From contig OZ024740.1 of the NCBI GenBank assembly GCA_964016885.1, forward strand, positions 49,104,001-49,168,000: a DNA stretch of 64,000 nt. The letters are read 5' to 3'. Source of the DNA: Eledone cirrhosa (Eukaryota). Shown piece by piece: positions 25,201 through 39,400 of the stretch. The position numbers and the translations under genes were made by a program. The number at the start of each line of letters is the position of its first letter. Position 1 is the first letter of the stretch. The notes under the pieces were generated by a model. The model saw only the letters and a list, made by a program, of their open reading frames with translations, made no database searches and was not told the origin of the DNA.

Positions 25201-28200
25201 AAGATGTCTCAATTAGTTTTCTGATATATATTAATGGATTCATTCGTTTTGCTGAATCCCTGAACAAGATCAAACGAACTCAACATAATCGGAGAAACAC
25301 TAAGGTTTGCTTGTTGTATCTCTTTTCAACTAATGAAATTTTAGACCTTTAGTTATTATTACTCATAAGTAGGAACTAAAAATAAAATATTCTTTCTTGT
25401 TACTAATTTACAATTCTATTAATATTTTCTTGAAGACCTTAGTTAAATAGCATGTTATGAGAAAACAATTTCACTGAGCCTGGACATGGTTGATTGATCA
25501 GTTAGAAATAGTGGAATAGTATCCATATCTTCCTCAAATCACACCTTATTGTCTTAAAGAAAGAATAATGTAATCTATGGTACACAGTGTGTTTGAATAA
25601 CAGATATAGTTGGCCACAGCAAGAGCATCTTAATCATATACTTACTCGATCATGGCTGACTTAGAGCTAAACAACAACTTTCTCAAAGAGTTAATTCTTC
25701 TGATTTGCTCTTAAGTAGTGATGATTTCAGTTTGTATATTCCAGAAAATATTAACCCTGCCATTAACATATTTCTAATGAAATACACAATATTTCAGTAA
25801 ATTAATGAAGAATCTGGAGAGGAATTAAAAAAATATATGTTAAATAGCCAATGGTATTTATAACATAATTTGACAAAAGGTTCTTATATAAAATAATATT
25901 GGAAGGTTTTAATTTAAATAGGAACCCTTTAAAATGGGTGGTTTCTTTTCATGGAACCAGAGACGGTTTTGGGTGGGTTGGTATCAAAAGGGTTAAAAAT
26001 TAGAAGGAAAGTTGAATCTGGAAGCCTGTTTTAAATCCTAGTTGTAATCCATTTCATTTCATTTACATAGCAAATACGGGAAAACATGAATTCAACTTCT
26101 AGTCTTATAAAAAGTCAAGCAAGTGACTCTAATTACCACACTTGTATAGATAAATTGACATAACAGAAGTAAGACTCCTATTATTAAAACACCTTAGAAA
26201 CCTCCTATGAGATGCAACCTCATAGGAGGCCAATTAAATTTATGCAGATGTGAGCCATAAAAACATAGATTGGCTATTGATTGATTGATTCTACAAACTA
26301 GAGAAAGTATGTCAGTATTAAAGGTACCAATTTTAAGTGGAAGTCTTTCAATCTGAGTTATTAATCAATGAAGATTTATAACATTTTAGCTACTCTTCAT
26401 AAACATTTTAGAAAGACCAAAGTAGATAAATTTTTTACTGAATGTTATTCTGAGGCTTCCTTTTACACTCTTACTCCTCATTTATGTATTAAATTGTTCT
26501 AGCTTTATATTTGATATATCCTTTGGAACAGTTATTTCTTGTGATAGTATCACAATATCTTGTGTCTTTTATTTCTCTAGTATAATTTTACTACAATCTG
26601 TATACTGTATACAGTTTTATTAAAATCTAATTTCAGTACAATCTTTATTGCAGGCATCTAATCCACATGTGCAAAGTGCTTCAATGACAGCAGCAAGTAA
26701 TGCTGCTGCTGCTCAGAGTGCTGCAGCAGCTGCTGCAGCTACAGCAACAGTAGCAGCAGCATCAGGAGCTGGAGCCTCATCATCTGTGATAACATCAACT
26801 TCAACTGGAGAAAGTTCAGCACCAGTTCCAGCTGGTTCAAACCCAGCTGTTGATTGGTTAGTGTTTTTAAAACTTCAATTTTAAAAATTTATTTAGTATG
26901 TTTGGAGTTAGGCACTATGTCCATGGCTTTCATATGCCCCTTGAAACTAGAGAGATTAGTGTTGTTGATAGCATGGGGGCAGGGGATGGGATGGAACACA
27001 ACATGAGAGTGCTGGAGTGAGGTAGCATTAGATCAACCAGCTCTGAGGAGCAGAAACTATTATAGTAGCTGTAGAAGAACCAATAATTTGTAACGTTTCA
27101 ATGCAGTATCTTTTTCTTCTTTGTCTTGTTTGCTCACTTATTCCTGAGAAGGTCATGGGGGCAGAGTCCTCAAACACTCTTTTCAGTAGGTCCTGTCAGA
27201 AGCAACCATCTCTAACTGATCCGGCTGGATCCTCAGCCAAGCTCATGGATGTTATCCAACCATCTTGCTCGGGGTTTAACTCTGGGTCTCCTGCCGGTTG
27301 GTTTGCCCATAAAATCTGTCCAGTGATTTTTTCTTGTGACATTCTAACCACATGCCCGTAGTATTGGAGCTCTGATCTCTCAATTCAAAGAAGTAGCGGC
27401 TCTACCTGGAGTGGCTGTGATCTTCAAGCTACACACTCTATCGAGTAACATTACTCCTTACAAGACCCTTCGGAGGAACCCCATATCGATCGCTTGATTC
27501 GTAATCATATTCTTTGTTATTACCCAAGATTCATGTCCATAGGTAAGGGTTGCCATGAATACCGAATTGAAGATAGCGAGTTTGGCTATTACACCTACCT
27601 CCCTTCTTCTGATTACCAAATGTTGAAGCTAGTGCCTTACTTCACCAGCTCCTGCAATTCTTGCACTTAATTCAGCCTCCTGCCTTCCATCACTCATGAA
27701 CATGGACCCAAGATACTTGATCTTCTCCACCTGCTTCAGTGGAACTCCATTCACATGTAGAGTGCACTGTGCAGGATTCCTTGAGAGGATGAGTGTCTCA
27801 GTTTTTGCAGCACTGATTTTCATTCCAGCCATGCAGCACCCGAACCTATCTAGTGCAAGTCGAAGATCACTTTCTGTCAAGTTAAGTAATACCATGTCGT
27901 CTGCAAATTCCAGCCGATTAATTCTACACCTACCAGTCATGATACCACTTCCAACCTGGCTGCACATGTCAATCCTGTTCATGAAAATAATGAACAGGAG
28001 AGGTGACAGTACACACCCTTGGCGGAGTCTGACTCCCACATTGAATGGTTTCAATTTAGCACCATTTATTCGAACACAAATACTTAGGAATTTGTATAGA
28101 GACATCAGGGCAACAAGAAGCTGACCATTGATCCCATACTCCTGCAGAACCTTCCACAGTAGGTCCTGTGGAATGCTGTCATATGCCTTTTGGAGGTCTA

Positions 28201-30401
28201 CTAAGCTTTTCTTCGCAGTACTCTCATGATTCCACAAAGACCTGCCACAGTGTGAATATTTGGTCAGCTGTGCTGTGTCTGGAGCAAAAACCACACAGTT
28301 CATCAGCTAGCTTGGACTTGACAACCCCATGTCTTAACTTTAGGTGTCTTTACTGTCTCTACAGTGATTCTTCATGCCTGCTTGTACCGCAAGTGCAAAA
28401 AAGGAGAACTTACTTCCAAACCAAGCTTAATAGATCTCCTTTGCTCAAATGACATCTTTGGCCTCTTGATTGAACCAAAGGATTCTTCTGCCATCCAGTG
28501 CCACACCAAGCCTCTTTCGCCCACAGCATTTAACAGCTGAAGCAGAAACTGCTGAGCTGAACAATCTCCATTCTGTTTCAACATCCTCAGTTTTACTGAG
28601 GGAGTTCTCTGAATTTGGATTCAATAGTATCTGCATACCTGGTCCAGACTTCCTTATCCACTAATACTTCCCACTCTATCCTGTAGGTCAACCTGGACCT
28701 GCCAGTTTTATGGGCTCTCTTGACTTTAGGTAGTCTCAAGTTACAGATAACTAGATGGTGGTCAGTTGATAACTCAAGTCCTCTCTTAATACGAACATCC
28801 AGCACAGAATCAAAGAAATCAGAGACAATAACAAAATCAATTACTGATTTTTGTCCCTGATTCCCCTTATACCATGTATATTTATGGATGTCTCTGTGCT
28901 GGATAATGGTGTTCATAATATAGAGTCCATCGCTAGAACACAAGTCTAATAAAGCCTCTCTATTTGTATTTAGATTGGGATCACACTTCCTTCCAATCCC
29001 TCCTTTCCATGTCAAGTGGTCAGTGCCAACATATGCATTGAAGTCTCCACTGCATCTTGTATTAATATTTAATGTTTATAATATGAAATGAATATTTACT
29101 TCTGTATTTCCATGGTATTTTATAGCTTTTATTTTATTATTTAATTAATATTATCATTGTTGTTATTATGTAGTAGCCTGACTAATCAAGAAAGAGTTTC
29201 TGCTGAGTCCAGTCCTACAAAGATTCTTCAAGCCATGTTAGATCCCAAGTAAGATTTTATTTTTATATAATCCATTACTTAGAAGGGAAGTGCCAGTAGG
29301 CTTTGTATATCTTTTTAGACTGGTAAAATCATTGTGATTGAACCTATATAGGGAAAGATGGGTAGTTCTGGGGAGAGAGTATGGGATAATATTATCTGTA
29401 AGATTTGGTGGGGTGAGATTCAGTAGAGATGGTGTGGAGAAATTGAGTAGTTTTGGGATTGGCTGATACACACACTGTAATATATATTGGGTTTAATATG
29501 ATGAGGTAAACGCTTTTAAGGTGGTGTGCCAATATAGCCACAATCCACCAGTCCAAATATAATAGAATAATGAGTTGGTTTTACATAGTGAACATTTGCA
29601 TATTTTTTTTACTGATTCTCTAAGCTTTCACATGAAATAAATTTGTCATTCCCATCCTTTTCTTCTGGAAGAGTTTGCAATTTGTATACGTTTACATAAA
29701 GTGTCTGTTTTGTGTTTTTCTATTTTCACTCTTATGAAACTTAATACTGGTATAAGCAGCTCTCACATTGATGGACAAATGGAGGAGCTTCTTCATGGTT
29801 GCATGAACTAGAAATAACAACCAATTTTCCTTCAAATTGCAGCCTTTTCTTTTTATGTTTTGTCAGAAAGAAGAGCAGCATTCATGACTTTTTCTGGTGA
29901 GGAGGCTGAAGGACTCCTGAAACTGGAGATCTGACCTAAATGTCTGTAACAAAGTGGATTTTTGCTAAAGATTTCCAATAACAAAACGACAACTAATAAT
30001 GTATGCATGAGGGGGTGGGAGGAAGCAATATTAAGCAAGAAACATAAACATATAGGCAAGCTGGTATCAAAAGGGTTAATATTTTAAACCTCTACTGCTT
30101 GTTTTTCTTGATATTTAAAATTTTCATTTGTTTCAGAACTGGAATTCCTTTCTTAACTAAACATGAGGGTTTACAAATGAACTGCTTCATATCGGCAGAA
30201 GCTGCCACTTGGTGTTTACATTGGTTGCCTAATATAGATACTTTAGAAAAGGCTATTGCTCTACTTCAGGTAGTGTCTATTTTTCTTGTTTTTTTTTTTT
30301 ACTACTTCTTATTGAGCTTCCCATTCCCTCTACTTCACTATTAAACTTACTCAACATGTGTACCATTGAATTACTCAAGCTAGAAATTATTTAATGCATA
30401 C

Positions 30402-30483
<82 letters not shown>

Positions 30484-33400
30484 GCACACACACACACAAA
30501 GAGAGAGAGAGAGAGAGGAGACAATTTGCATGAACATAATGGTAGAGACAGCCTCTGAGCAGTTGCTCAAACTGTTAGATATAGCATCCAAATCTCCCTT
30601 TGAATTGTATGCCCTATGGTTTTAAAAAAGGCTGAACAGGTTGGACAATGTAGTCACTGATATACAAAAAGACAGGATAGTCACAGCTGGAATGTGTTCT
30701 ATAAAGGATTTTCTTGATCACAGCTAATCTGTGAATAAACAACACCAAGTTATACTATATTGTTTTCCAGATCACCTGATCTTAGTCTAGTAACTGCATT
30801 CAATCAGTGCTAACCTGATACTAAACAACAACAATCACAAAAGGAATTTCTTCAAGAAACAACAGCCATTTCTTCAAGAATTCCTTAAAAAATGTAGTCA
30901 CTGATATACAAAGTGAAAGTGAAAAATGCAGATTAAGAGAGAAAGAGAGGTGGGTGAGAGACAGAGAGATGCTGTTTCTGAGCATACAACAAACTGTCAT
31001 GTGACCAAATATAAAACATGACATATCCCATGTTTAACAAGCAAGAGGAAATCACACAATGTTGTGTTACTGTTGTTTTTATGTTTGCATTGTTATAATG
31101 TCAAGCAAATGTCAGTTATATATATGAGATATAATATAAGGTGCATATTGGGTTTGATAAATGAAATAGGGTTGGTCCACACACACATTATATATATCCA
31201 AAATAGCTGGATACATATGTGATTTTTCTCAAAACATTTTTTTCAATTCTTTCCTCTTCTCACTCTCTATCTTTCTATTTTATCTTTTATTTCTCATGCT
31301 ATCTATGAAAGACTCTTTTTCTACTATATCAAGCATTATACTAATATATTTCTTCATTGAACTGTGTTGTTGGCTTTGTTTCCGTTTACTTTTTGTGTAT
31401 CATCATCATCATCATCATCATCATCGTTTAATGTCTATCTTCCACGCTAGCATGGGTTTAGACAGGAATTGTCCCACTTGTGGTAAGACTGGTCGGGTGA
31501 CCATGTCTCGCTTGTATAGGACTATCTGGCAGGTTTTCTATGGCTGGATGCCCTTCCTAACACCAACCACGTTTACAGTATAGACTGGGAGCTTTTTACC
31601 GTGTTACCTACACAGCCACATTACAGCGTGGACTGTGTGTTTTTTTGTTGTGACACCTACACGACCTCATTTATTTTGGACTGGATGTTGTGGTACCAAC
31701 ATAACTTTACAGAGGAAGGGGAGGTGTTGGTGGGAGTGGGAGAGTGGAATAGGGGTAGTGGGATGGGGTGTATATTTGGTTAAGAGGTGTCTACTGACTG
31801 TAGGTTTCGCTTTGTACATAGGCAAAGTGGGTCTTCTGTATTACTGCGTAGTGCCAAAGATCTCGGTCCAGTGACATTGTCTTGGAGAGGTGCAAGTGTG
31901 TGAGGTCGGAATTTATCAAATCGTCCCAGGTTTTTCTAGGTCTACCTACTCCGTAACTACCATCAATTTTGATCGCCCTGCACTTTTTTATACAGCTGTC
32001 GTCTGTCATGCGCATCACATGACCATACCAACATAGTCTTCTCTCGAGTAAACAGTATCTGATCCCTCTTATTCCTAATTTCTCCCTTAGTTCATTTATG
32101 CTTTGCCGTTCGCGTATATTACTATTACACATCCAACGGAGCATGGATGCTTCGTTCCTCTCCAGTCTGCGCAGGTCCTCTGCACACAATGCCCATGTCT
32201 CACTGCCATGTAACATTGCTGTTCGTATGCAGGCATCATACAATCTGCTTTCAATTTTAGAGAGAAACCTTTGGTATAAGCTCTCTGAACTTTTTCCATC
32301 CCGTTCTACTCTGGCTACTGTACTTTCAGAGCACTCTTCACCACTGCTGATTTTGTCACCCAGGTAACGGAAGGTGTCCACTATTTCTATAGAACCATCT
32401 AGGCAATAGAAGGAGCTAGTATCCTGTGGGCACTTGCTACTTATTGCACCTGAGCATCGGCCACATATAAAATCTACGTTCTTAGATAGCTTGCCTGTGA
32501 TCCCACTACATCTTTTATGTACCCATTGTTTCCGTTTGGGACATAAAATGGAATTTCTGCCTACTCCTTTCCTACACACTGACCATGGCCATTTCCCAGA
32601 GGGCACCTGTGCCCTATTTTCCTTTCTACATACTAGAACTTTAGTCTTAGACAAGTTAACTTTAAGGCTTTTTGATTCTAGGCCATGCTTCCATGTTTGG
32701 AATTTCTTCTCTAGTTCAGCCATTGATTCAGCTACGAGAGTTAGATCATCTGCGTATAGAAGTTCCCATGGGCAGCCGGTCTTGAACTCCTCTGTTATAG
32801 CCTGAAGGGCAATAATAAATAGGAGGGGGCTAAGGACAGAGCCTTAATAAACACCAACTTTTACGCTAAATTCTTCACTATATTCATTGTTAATTCTAAC
32901 TTTGCTGACTGTTTCTTTATACATGGCTTGTATAGCTCTCACAAGCCATTCATCTACACCTAGTTTGCTAAGGGCCCACCAGAAATGGAGCAGGGGACTC
33001 TGTCAAAGGCTTTCTCCAAGTCAACAAAAGCTAAGTAGAGGGGTTTACTTTTAGCTAGGTACTTTTCCTGTAGTTGTCGTACAAGGAAAAGAGCGTCTGT
33101 GGTACTTTTACCTGACACAAACCCAAACTGCATTTCATCTAGATCAATTCGCTCTCTTATTAGTTGTTCTATAACTCTTTCTGTGACCTTCATGACCTGG
33201 TCAACTAACTTAATGCCTCTATAGTTTCCCCTATCTAGGGCATCTCCTTTACCCTTGTAGCAGTTAATGATGATGCTGCTCCGCCAGTCATTTGGTATGA
33301 CCCAATTCTGTATGACTTGGTTTACTATCCGGGTGACCATAGTGTGTCCCACCATTCCAGATGCTTTCAACATCTCAGCAACTATCTCCGAAGGCCCAGC

Positions 33401-36400
33401 TGCCTTGCCTGTCTTCATATCTTTCATAGTCTTACTTATTATACTACCTTCAACTAGCACTGCTGGTCCCTCTATTGGATTGATTTGGGGCAGACTATCT
33501 TTTTCCCATTTATATATATATATATATACAGTTGTCCCTTGGCATTCGCGGCAGTTACGTTTCCAGAGCACGCGCGAAGAGTGAAAAACCGCCAATATTG
33601 GACGTGGTCCATAAAAATGCCTACAATCGTCAAAACATAACGTAAAATATAGACCAGCAAATACGGTATATTGTTATTAATAATTTAGTGTTAAAAAGCG
33701 TGAAAAATATATATTGTCATGAAAAAATACATAAAAAAATTGCGGAAGATATTTACGATTCAACTCTTATTAATGGTCAGACTTGCTCGCTCTCCTGTGA
33801 AATGTAATGTAAAATGCTATTTTTTCTTCTCTCTCCATCTTCCTGGTCCATTCATTCATATAGCCACATCATCGCCCAGAATCCAAATCTTTGCTCTTTC
33901 TCAATGCTATTCTATAATTCTGTCTGGTTGTTCTAAATAATCTTCTTGTATTTAAAAATCCCATTATTAGCTTATTACTGTATATGCTTGTCCAATTATG
34001 CCCCAAATTCGAGGATTTTATTTAAACCTTCTTGTTAACTACGTCTGATGTTTTAATCCTACTCGTTTGTTTTTTTAAAATAACAATCTCGTGAGTTTAA
34101 TTTTGGCCGAAAATTCTAGGATTTATAAAATGGCCTTCTCTCACTAACTACCCCATACCCCTCCCACCCGCCCCCACTCGCCACCATTATTATCTGGACC
34201 AATCATAAGTCAGCGGCCTATGCTATCACTTCTCCTGGTTGCCTTTCGATATGATGGATGGACTAAGGAATTCTGGAGAGTCTAAAAAATCTGGACACTC
34301 AGTGACAATGCCAAAGATAAAGACAAATTCACCCAATGCTGCCGGACGAAAAGGCAAGGACTCCTCCTCTTTATTTCGGCTGCAGATGGCCAACATAACC
34401 CCAACCCCATCCACCTCACCCTCCCTGCGACCCACCGTTCCCACCCACCAAATGCAATCCAAAACTTCAGAGTTGGTACCTTAAAAGGTCGCTCTAACGA
34501 GGTTGTAGAAATGCTTGAACGCAAGGAGGTTCATGTTTGCTGTATTCAAGAGACCAGGTGGAGGGGTGGGTCTGCTAGATTCATTGTGGGTAAAAAACGA
34601 TGCTATAAGCTTTTCCAGGTGGGAAATGACAATCGGCTGGGTGGGGTAGGAATCAGGTTAGCAGAAAAATGGGTAGATAAGATAATAGACGTAAATAGAG
34701 TGAACGACAGAATAATTAAAATAAGACTTGTCCTAAATAGAACTACTGTGACAGTAATATCTGCGTACGCACCCCAATCCGGACTGCCTGGCGCTATAAA
34801 AGACATTCTATGAGACATTGATGCTCACTACCTCCCAAATAACCGACAGTGACTACATAATTATTGCTGGCGACCTAAATGGTCACGTTGGACATTGTGA
34901 CGGCTATGACAGAATCCATGGAGGCTATGGGTTTGGTACTAGAAATGAGGAAGGCTCCAGAATCCTGGAATTCTGTGACGCAAATAACCTAACTATCTGT
35001 AACACTAACTTCAAAAAACGAGACAATCACTTGATCACCTATAGATCAGGGGAACACGCCAGTCAGATAGATTATATCCTTACCAGAAGACGTGATAGAG
35101 TGTCTGTTGTAAACACTAAATCCCTCCCCCATGAAGAATGCACCTCCCAACATAGACTCATAGTCAGGACAAGACGTACTCGACAACAGAGGAGGACTAT
35201 CCTCAGGAGAAAAATATGGAAGCTAAAGGACCCCACAGCCAGTAATAAATTTAAAAGCATATTACTTGATGCTTTTGACAGTAAGGAAGAGCAATTAGAG
35301 TCGTACAATATAGAGGAACAGTGGGAATTCCTGAAAGCTAACCTGCTGAAGGCGGCAGATGAAGTCTGTGGCTGGAGCAGGCCTATAGGCAGGAGGAGAG
35401 TAACGTGGTGGTGGAAGAGTAAGATGGAAGAGTCAATTAAGGCCAAATAGCAGGCTTGGAAAGTATGGGGGAAATAGAGAAGACTATCAAATGGCCAGGT
35501 GGGAAGCTAGGAGACAAGTGTACTTCGCAAGAAGGGAAGCAGAGGAAAGAAAGTTCAAGCATGTTCTACAACACGAGGACCAAAAACGTGAGGTGTTCAG
35601 GATTGCTAGGCAATGTGTCAAGGAAAACCGTGATAATGTCGGGGAGAAGTGTGTCTTGAATGATGATGATGTACTTGCCATCACTGACGCTGATAAGAAG
35701 GTAGCTTGGAAGTGTCACTACGAAAGGCTACTAAATGAGGAGAATAAATGGGAGAAAGACAGTCTCCCCCCACATCGATCCAATAGAGGGACCAGCAGTG
35801 TTAATCGAAGGTAGTATAATAAGTAAGGCAATCAAAGATATGAAGACGGGTAAGGCGGCTGGGCCTTCGGAAATAGTTGCTGAAATGCTGAAAGCATCTG
35901 GAACGGTGGGACACACCATGGTCACCCGGATAGTAAACCAAGTCATACAGAATGGGGTCGTTCCGAAAGACTGGCGTAGCAGCATCATCATTAACTGCTA
36001 CAAGGGTAAAGGAGATGCCCTAGATAGGGGTAACTATAGAGGCATTAAATTAATCAACCAGGTCATGAAGGTCACAGAAAAAGTAATAGCGCAACTAATC
36101 AGAGAGCGAATTGATCTAGATGAAATGCAGTTCGGGTTTGTGTCAGGTAAAAGTACCACAGACGTCTTTTCATTGTACGACAACTACAGGAGAAGTACCT
36201 AGCTAAAAGTAAACCCCTATACTTAGCTTTCGTTGACTTGGAGAAAGCCTTTGACAGAGTCCCCCGCTCCATTATCTGGTGGGCTCTTAGAAAACTAGGT
36301 GTTGATGAATGGCTTGTGAGAGCTGTACAAGCCATGTATAAAGAAACAGTCAGCAAGGTTAGAATTAACAACGAATATAGAGAAGAGTTTAGCGTAAAAG

Positions 36401-39400
36401 TTGGTGTTCATCAGGGCTCCGTCCTTAGCCCCCTCCTATTTATTATTGCCCTTCAGGCTATAACAGAGGAGTTCAAGACCGGCTGCCCATGGGAACTCCT
36501 ATACGCAGATGATCTAACGCTCATAGCTGAATCAATGGCCGAACATGGAAACATGGAAGCATGGCCTAGAATCAAAAGGCCTTAAAATTAACCTGTCTAA
36601 GACTAAAGTTCTAGTTTGTAGGAAGGAAAATAGGGCACCAGTTCCATCTGGGAAATGGCCATGCTCAGTGTGTAGGGGGTGTGTTTTGTTAGAGGTGCCT
36701 ACTGACTGTAGTAGGTTTTACTTTGTATTTCAGGTAAGGCGGGTTTTCTCTATTACTGAGTACCGCCAAAGATCTCGGTCCAGTGACATTGTCTTGGAGA
36801 GGTGTAAGTGTGTGAGGTCGGAATTTATCAGGTCGTCCCAGGTTTTTCTGGGTCTGCCTACTCCGTGGCTACCGTCTATCTTTATTGCCCTGCACTTTTT
36901 TATACAGCTGTCTTTCATGCGCATCATGTGACCATGCCAACGTAGCCTTCTCTCGACTAAACAACATCTGATCCCTCTTATTTCTAATTTTTTCCTTAGT
37001 TCGTTTATGCTTTGCCGTTCGCGTATATTACTATTACACATCCAACGGAGCATGCAAGCTTCGTTCCTCTCTAGTCTGCGTATATCCTCTGCACACAATA
37101 CCCATGTCTCACTGCCATGCAACATTGCTGTTCGTATGCAGGCCTCATACAGCCTGCCTTTCATTTTTAGGGAGAACCCTTTAGTGGCTAATAGTGGTAT
37201 AAGCTCCCTGAACTTTTTCCATCCAGTTCTGACTCTAGCTACTGTACTTTCAGAGCACCCACCCCCACTGCTGATTTTGTCACCCAGGTAACGGAAGCTG
37301 TCCACTATTTCTATAGAACCCTCTGCGCAATTGAAAGAGCTGTATTCTGTGGGCACTTGCTGCTACTTATTGCACCAGAGCACCGGCCACATGTAAAATC
37401 TATGTTCTTAGTTAGCTTACCTGTGATCCCACTACATCTTTTATGCACCCATACTTTGCATTTGGGACATAAAATGGAATTTCTACCTACGCCTTTCCTA
37501 CACACTGAGCATGGCCATTTCCCAGAAGGGACCGGTGCCCTATTTTCTTTCCTACAAACTAGAACTTTAGTCTTAGCCAGGTTAATTTTAATGGACGTTA
37601 AACGATGATGATGATGATGATGAGTTTCTTTTTCCTGTTATTCATGTTTTTGTGTTATGTCATTACTGTAATGTTATTTGGATATTAAAATAAATAATAG
37701 AATAATAATGAAAATAATTGTGTACAGTGCTCAGGTGCACTACAGTTATATATTAAATATAACTCTTAACATCCTGTAGTGCATGAAATAACATTAGCCA
37801 GACATTCTTGAAATGTACTAAACAGCACTATAACTACATTGTATTTAAAAAATGAAGTCTTTTCATTAATATTAACAATTTCCATAAACATCTGTCCAAT
37901 TGTAAAGATACTTTAAACATTTGAATTGACAAACTAATTTTTAGATATGTTATGCTAAACTATTATAGGATGTTGAAATATATAATTTTGATAGAGACAT
38001 GTAATGATCCTATGAATATTTTAATGTAAATGTATATGCATGACTTGAAATTTGAATCATTCTTATATTCTTGAATTCCTGTAAAATCTTTTCCCAAAAA
38101 TCTTTTCTTTTTATATTTTCAGTCTTTTGTTGACAAACAGCTCATATGTCATTCATCTGGAAATTTTCATCATAATTTTGTCTTTGGATTCCTTTTCTAC
38201 TTTATAGTCAACAAAGAAGGTACACATGTCAATATTATGTTGTAGACATTTCTCTATTTAACTTCTATCAGCAGTATAGCCATTAACCATTTAGCATTTA
38301 TATTACTCTATATTTACTATTATATTTTCATGGTACACACTTTATTTCACATAATTATCTTACATAATATTGAATCGATGAGATTTTGATATTATTTATT
38401 TTGAGAACAATACCTTAACATAAGTATGGGCTGCGAGTTACAGCTGGATTTTACAGAAAAATGGTGAGAGAATTCTGGCTGGATACGACCGGTTTAAATA
38501 CTAACGGATTAAAGAAATAGTATTACATCAATTTAATAATTCAAAATCTATTTAGTGTGGTTCTGAAAGTATCTTGATTAAATATTTGAGGAATTTTTTG
38601 AAGTTATAAACTATGGAGTAGTTTTGGGGTCTGTTATACGAAGAATCAATTTTTTGTTTTTTTTTAGATCTGTTTTATAATCTTGGCATGGGTGGATAGA
38701 TATGCTTTTCATATTTAATCCAAGTAAACTGAAGGAATACAGAATGCACTTTCCTCAAAGCACCACTACCCAAAAGTAGTTGATTGAATGTATGAAATCA
38801 ATCCACAATCCTACTTATCTCATACATCATGATGCTAGTTTAGATACCATTATTTATCACTTTAAGGGTGGTCGATTGGCAGTATCAGTAGATGGTCGGG
38901 CACCATGCTTTGCAGCAAAGAGTTACGGCCCTTTATGATCTGAGTTCAAATCCCGCCGAGGTTAACTTTGCCTTTCATCCTTACGAGGTCGATAAAATAA
39001 AGTACCAGTAATGTACTGGGTATTTGCTGGCCTTGTGCCAAAAGTAGAAACAATTATTTATCACTTTAAAAATATTATGATAATGTTGTCTATATATTAT
39101 GATTATGATATTGTATATCAGAGAAGAAGAAAGATTTGTATTTTGTATTATCATAAATATAAGTTCTATGGTAGTAAAATGTATGAAGTCAGAAGACAAG
39201 AACCCTTGAAAAATATTCAATAATTTTGATTCCTTAGATGTGCAATGTGAATTCAAAGATAGTAAATTGAAGTGAATCATGAAATTAACTAAGAATTTCA
39301 GAAAATCTATAGTGGCACTCTATCTACATCAAAGGTAGCATGTTATTATCCATTATGCCTCAATGTTCTATCTATGAATTTATTTTTAGATTAAACTGAA

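Noticed and set aside
38930-38960. B-box sequences as extra tRNA genes (also near 53530 and 63675)
   Set aside because: They are SINE heads with no cloverleaf, followed by the SINE body.
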